Shown here: positions 61,624 through 64,000 of the stretch, one piece after another
Layout: each line of letters begins with the position of its first letter
Numbering within the stretch: position 1 is the stretch's first letter
Assembly (NCBI GenBank): GCA_043228905.1
Contig: JBHGNT010000004.1
Location: 13,268,001-13,332,000, forward strand
Reading direction: 5' to 3'
From: Azolla caroliniana
Lineage: Eukaryota > Plantae > Polypodiophyta
Length of the DNA: 64,000 nt
Position numbers and translations under genes: made by a program
The notes under the pieces: generated by a model
Seen by the model: only the letters and a program-made list of their open reading frames with translations
Database searches by the model: none
What the model was told of the DNA's origin: nothing

Positions 61624-62790
61624 TAGAATCGTGGCGAAAGAGGTAAGCCTAGAATAAATGGTCACAGAGTTCAACAAGTAAGCCTAGTACTTTTGTTTTG
61701 AATGCATGTTTTGTCTTCTTTGAGTTCATATTAAGTGCTAATGGTTGTTTATTCTTTTCTAGTCACACGGTGTATATGAAAATTCAGGAGGTGATGATGA
61801 AGCAACTTGGTTACTTAATATGGGCACAAGTGACAAAAGAGTATCCGATTACGCCTTAATACAAGATGCTATCGAAATATTTTATTCATACAAGGCACTA
61901 TCCAATGATGGAACATTCAAGAATTTTAGCCACAAAAAGGATATCACCCAAGAATTGTATTATAATGTGTATTGCGGTGATGTCGTGGAGATGATCCAAA
62001 AGTTGTCGAAGAAGGAGTACACATTACTCATTGCAGATATTACATATGGCTTCTGTATGGTTGGATCTTCTTACAATGATAGACCATTTAGGTTCAAACA
62101 ATTGGAGAAAATGGTGAAGGATTCCGTGGAGTTGACCACATCGAGTTTGTGGAGAATAATGGTCTTTCATAGTATGCACCAAGAATATTTTGTTGCTCAA
62201 GCTTTGAGATCTCGTTGTCATGGTGTAGAGAACCTTGCTTGGTAAGGCTTATACAAAGACTAATTCAATTTTGGTTGCATTTCAATTATTGTTAGTTTAT
62301 GTAACTACTATTGGAATCTGTGTCTTTTGGTTTCTTTTTGTAATTTATAGGATCAAAACCAACATTAATAGAGGACTGACCTTTCGGTTTGTCAATTCTA
62401 TTGAATATATAATTGTTGGTTATTATGATGAAATAAAGAAGCAAAGGATTAAGGAACATTCAAATCAGGTTAGAGGTTCAAATTTGTTAGTGTACACAAC
62501 ATTTACGCGAAAATCGCAACGACTGAATGTGGCCTAATCAATCCTTACCAAAAGCTCCAATGACTTATGATGCACCTTACCGAAATGTTCTTTAATGAAG
62601 GAGATTGGATTTTAGATTTGTTTTCTAGCACCGGTATTTTCTTAGACTAATTGAAGCTATGATCTTATTATTTTTGTGATAGGTACAACATATGCATGCA
62701 CCTTGAAACTATTTTAGAATACACTTGCATTAGAGAAGGACGAGGCACAAGTGTGGTTCATTAATATGCAGAGATGGGAGTGCCCAAATC
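61624..62790 (+). pseudogene. Intron-containing beta-class DNA N4-cytosine/N6-adenine methyltransferase (N6_N4_Mtase-like), degenerate
   Basis: VYCGDV..LLIADITYG (motif IV) ..NLAW|IK.. INPYQK..EGDWILDLFSSTG|TT..NTLALEKD (motif I); GT-AG introns 61678-61762, 62242-62350, 62634-62682. Confidence 0.8.
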
Positions 62791-63143
62791 AAGATGAGGA
62801 GTTAGGGTCAAAGCATATCGCGAATACGGAATGGTTTCACGTTGCCTCTCGCAATGTAATGAATTTTGTATTTTATAAAAAACATTGTAAAGTTTGATTC
62901 CATGTTTACATTGTTTCTTTAAATATGTCTACCGATGTTTATATTGTTACATTTGTGTTGTTGCTATCGACGTTATAACATTACTAAGCTCTACCAAGCT
63001 ATATGTTTTAATCGATGTATTTGTTATAATCATTTTAATCTAAGATTCACTTTTGATCATCGAATATGTTCTACAATTTGGACCCACCTTACTTTTGGGT
63101 GTGTGACCATACTGAGTGTCCAAATGTATCCTATATGTGATAC

Positions 63144-63231
63144 GTGTGTATGGATGTCCTCTCTCATAGGTGTGTATTGGGGAAACTCTCTCATGGGTGT
63201 GTATTGGGGAAACTCTCTCATGGGTGTGTAT
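63144..63231. repeat. 27-bp tandem repeat, about 3 copies
   Basis: tgtgtattggggaaactctctcatggg at 63171 and 63198, partial at 63225, degenerate at 63144. Confidence 0.88.
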
Positions 63232-63699
63232 GTCGGGCAACATTCAGTAAGTATTAGAGTGCATAACACATAATCACTAACTATAGCTATCAATTCCATT
63301 TCTTCTCCCTACACCTCTGCACGATGGTTAAACCTGGAGATCAATTGTTGTATAGACCATGTTCATAGTTTGTAATTTAACTACGTTATATGTCCAAAGA
63401 TCATGATTTTCTCAACATTTTAACCAACTTTGCAAATTGCATCATACAATCTGAAAGTTTAACTATTGTCAATTGAATAAAGAATTGTCATATGATATAA
63501 TTTTAAATCAGTTTCGTATTTGGAGATCATCAACTTTAACAATGTTAAAAGAAATACATGTTTTTTACTTTGGAACTTGTTAAATATTAATAATTTAGCA
63601 AATTCTATATGGGTTGACGCACATGTGACACTGGTGTAACAAGTTTCTATATATTCCATAAATTTGCACACTTGTGAAAGGAATCTAAAAGTGGAATGC

Positions 63700-64000
63700 G
63701 TGATCCTTCCACTTCGGAACGAGAACAGGTTTTTGGCACAACTGAATGTTTCGGCTCTAGACCATCCGACCCAGACACCCGATCAGGTTGGCCTAGTCAT
63801 ACGAAGAAGAATATTCTTCATGCACGATGGTGAACCGACATCATACAAAGAAACATCAACATCAACCGATTGAGCAAGATGGCATCTGGGCATGAAGTCA
63901 AAGATGAACTCCATTGGGCACAATAAGACTTGGGACCTGGTTAACCTTCCGAAAAATCAATGTGCTCTTCCGTGCAAGTGGTCTATAGACTAAAAGAGAC
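63700..64000 (+). mobile_element. copia RT N-terminal fragment, runs off the window
   Basis: DGEPTSYKE..W..M..KMNSI..NKTWDLVNLP..ALPCKW. Confidence 0.8.

Overview
Eukaryotic, non-seed-plant-like (probably fern; inferred) repeat-dense nuclear DNA. About 90% is a multi-layer nest of decayed LTR retrotransposons: two non-chromovirus Ty3/gypsy elements (Athila/Tat-like, FLDD RT, no archaeal RNase H seen), three Tcn1-like chromoviruses, about nine Ty1/copia elements or fragments, and a solo LTR. Several boundaries are pinned by TG..CA termini, PBS/PPT and 5-bp TSDs. Non-retroelement DNA includes a plastid rpoB fragment (NUPT, ~30.45-30.8 kb), hairpin-type tandem repeats (~31.5-31.8 kb), a possible first coding exon (~33 kb) and an intron-containing beta-class N4-cytosine/N6-adenine DNA methyltransferase pseudogene (~61.6-62.8 kb). 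Most notable: (1) gypsy element E has a tRNA-Arg PBS at its 5' LTR but, where the polypurine tract should be, a near-perfect copy of the 3' 18 nt of a different tRNA-Arg, suggesting tRNA-primed plus-strand synthesis; (2) the bacterial-type amino-methyltransferase gene with spliceosomal introns; (3) chromovirus LTRs carrying an outward-facing tRNA-type Pol III A/B-box cassette plus a covarying self-priming PBS. Coordinates were read by eye and may be off by a few bases; lineage names come from motif recognition, not database searches.
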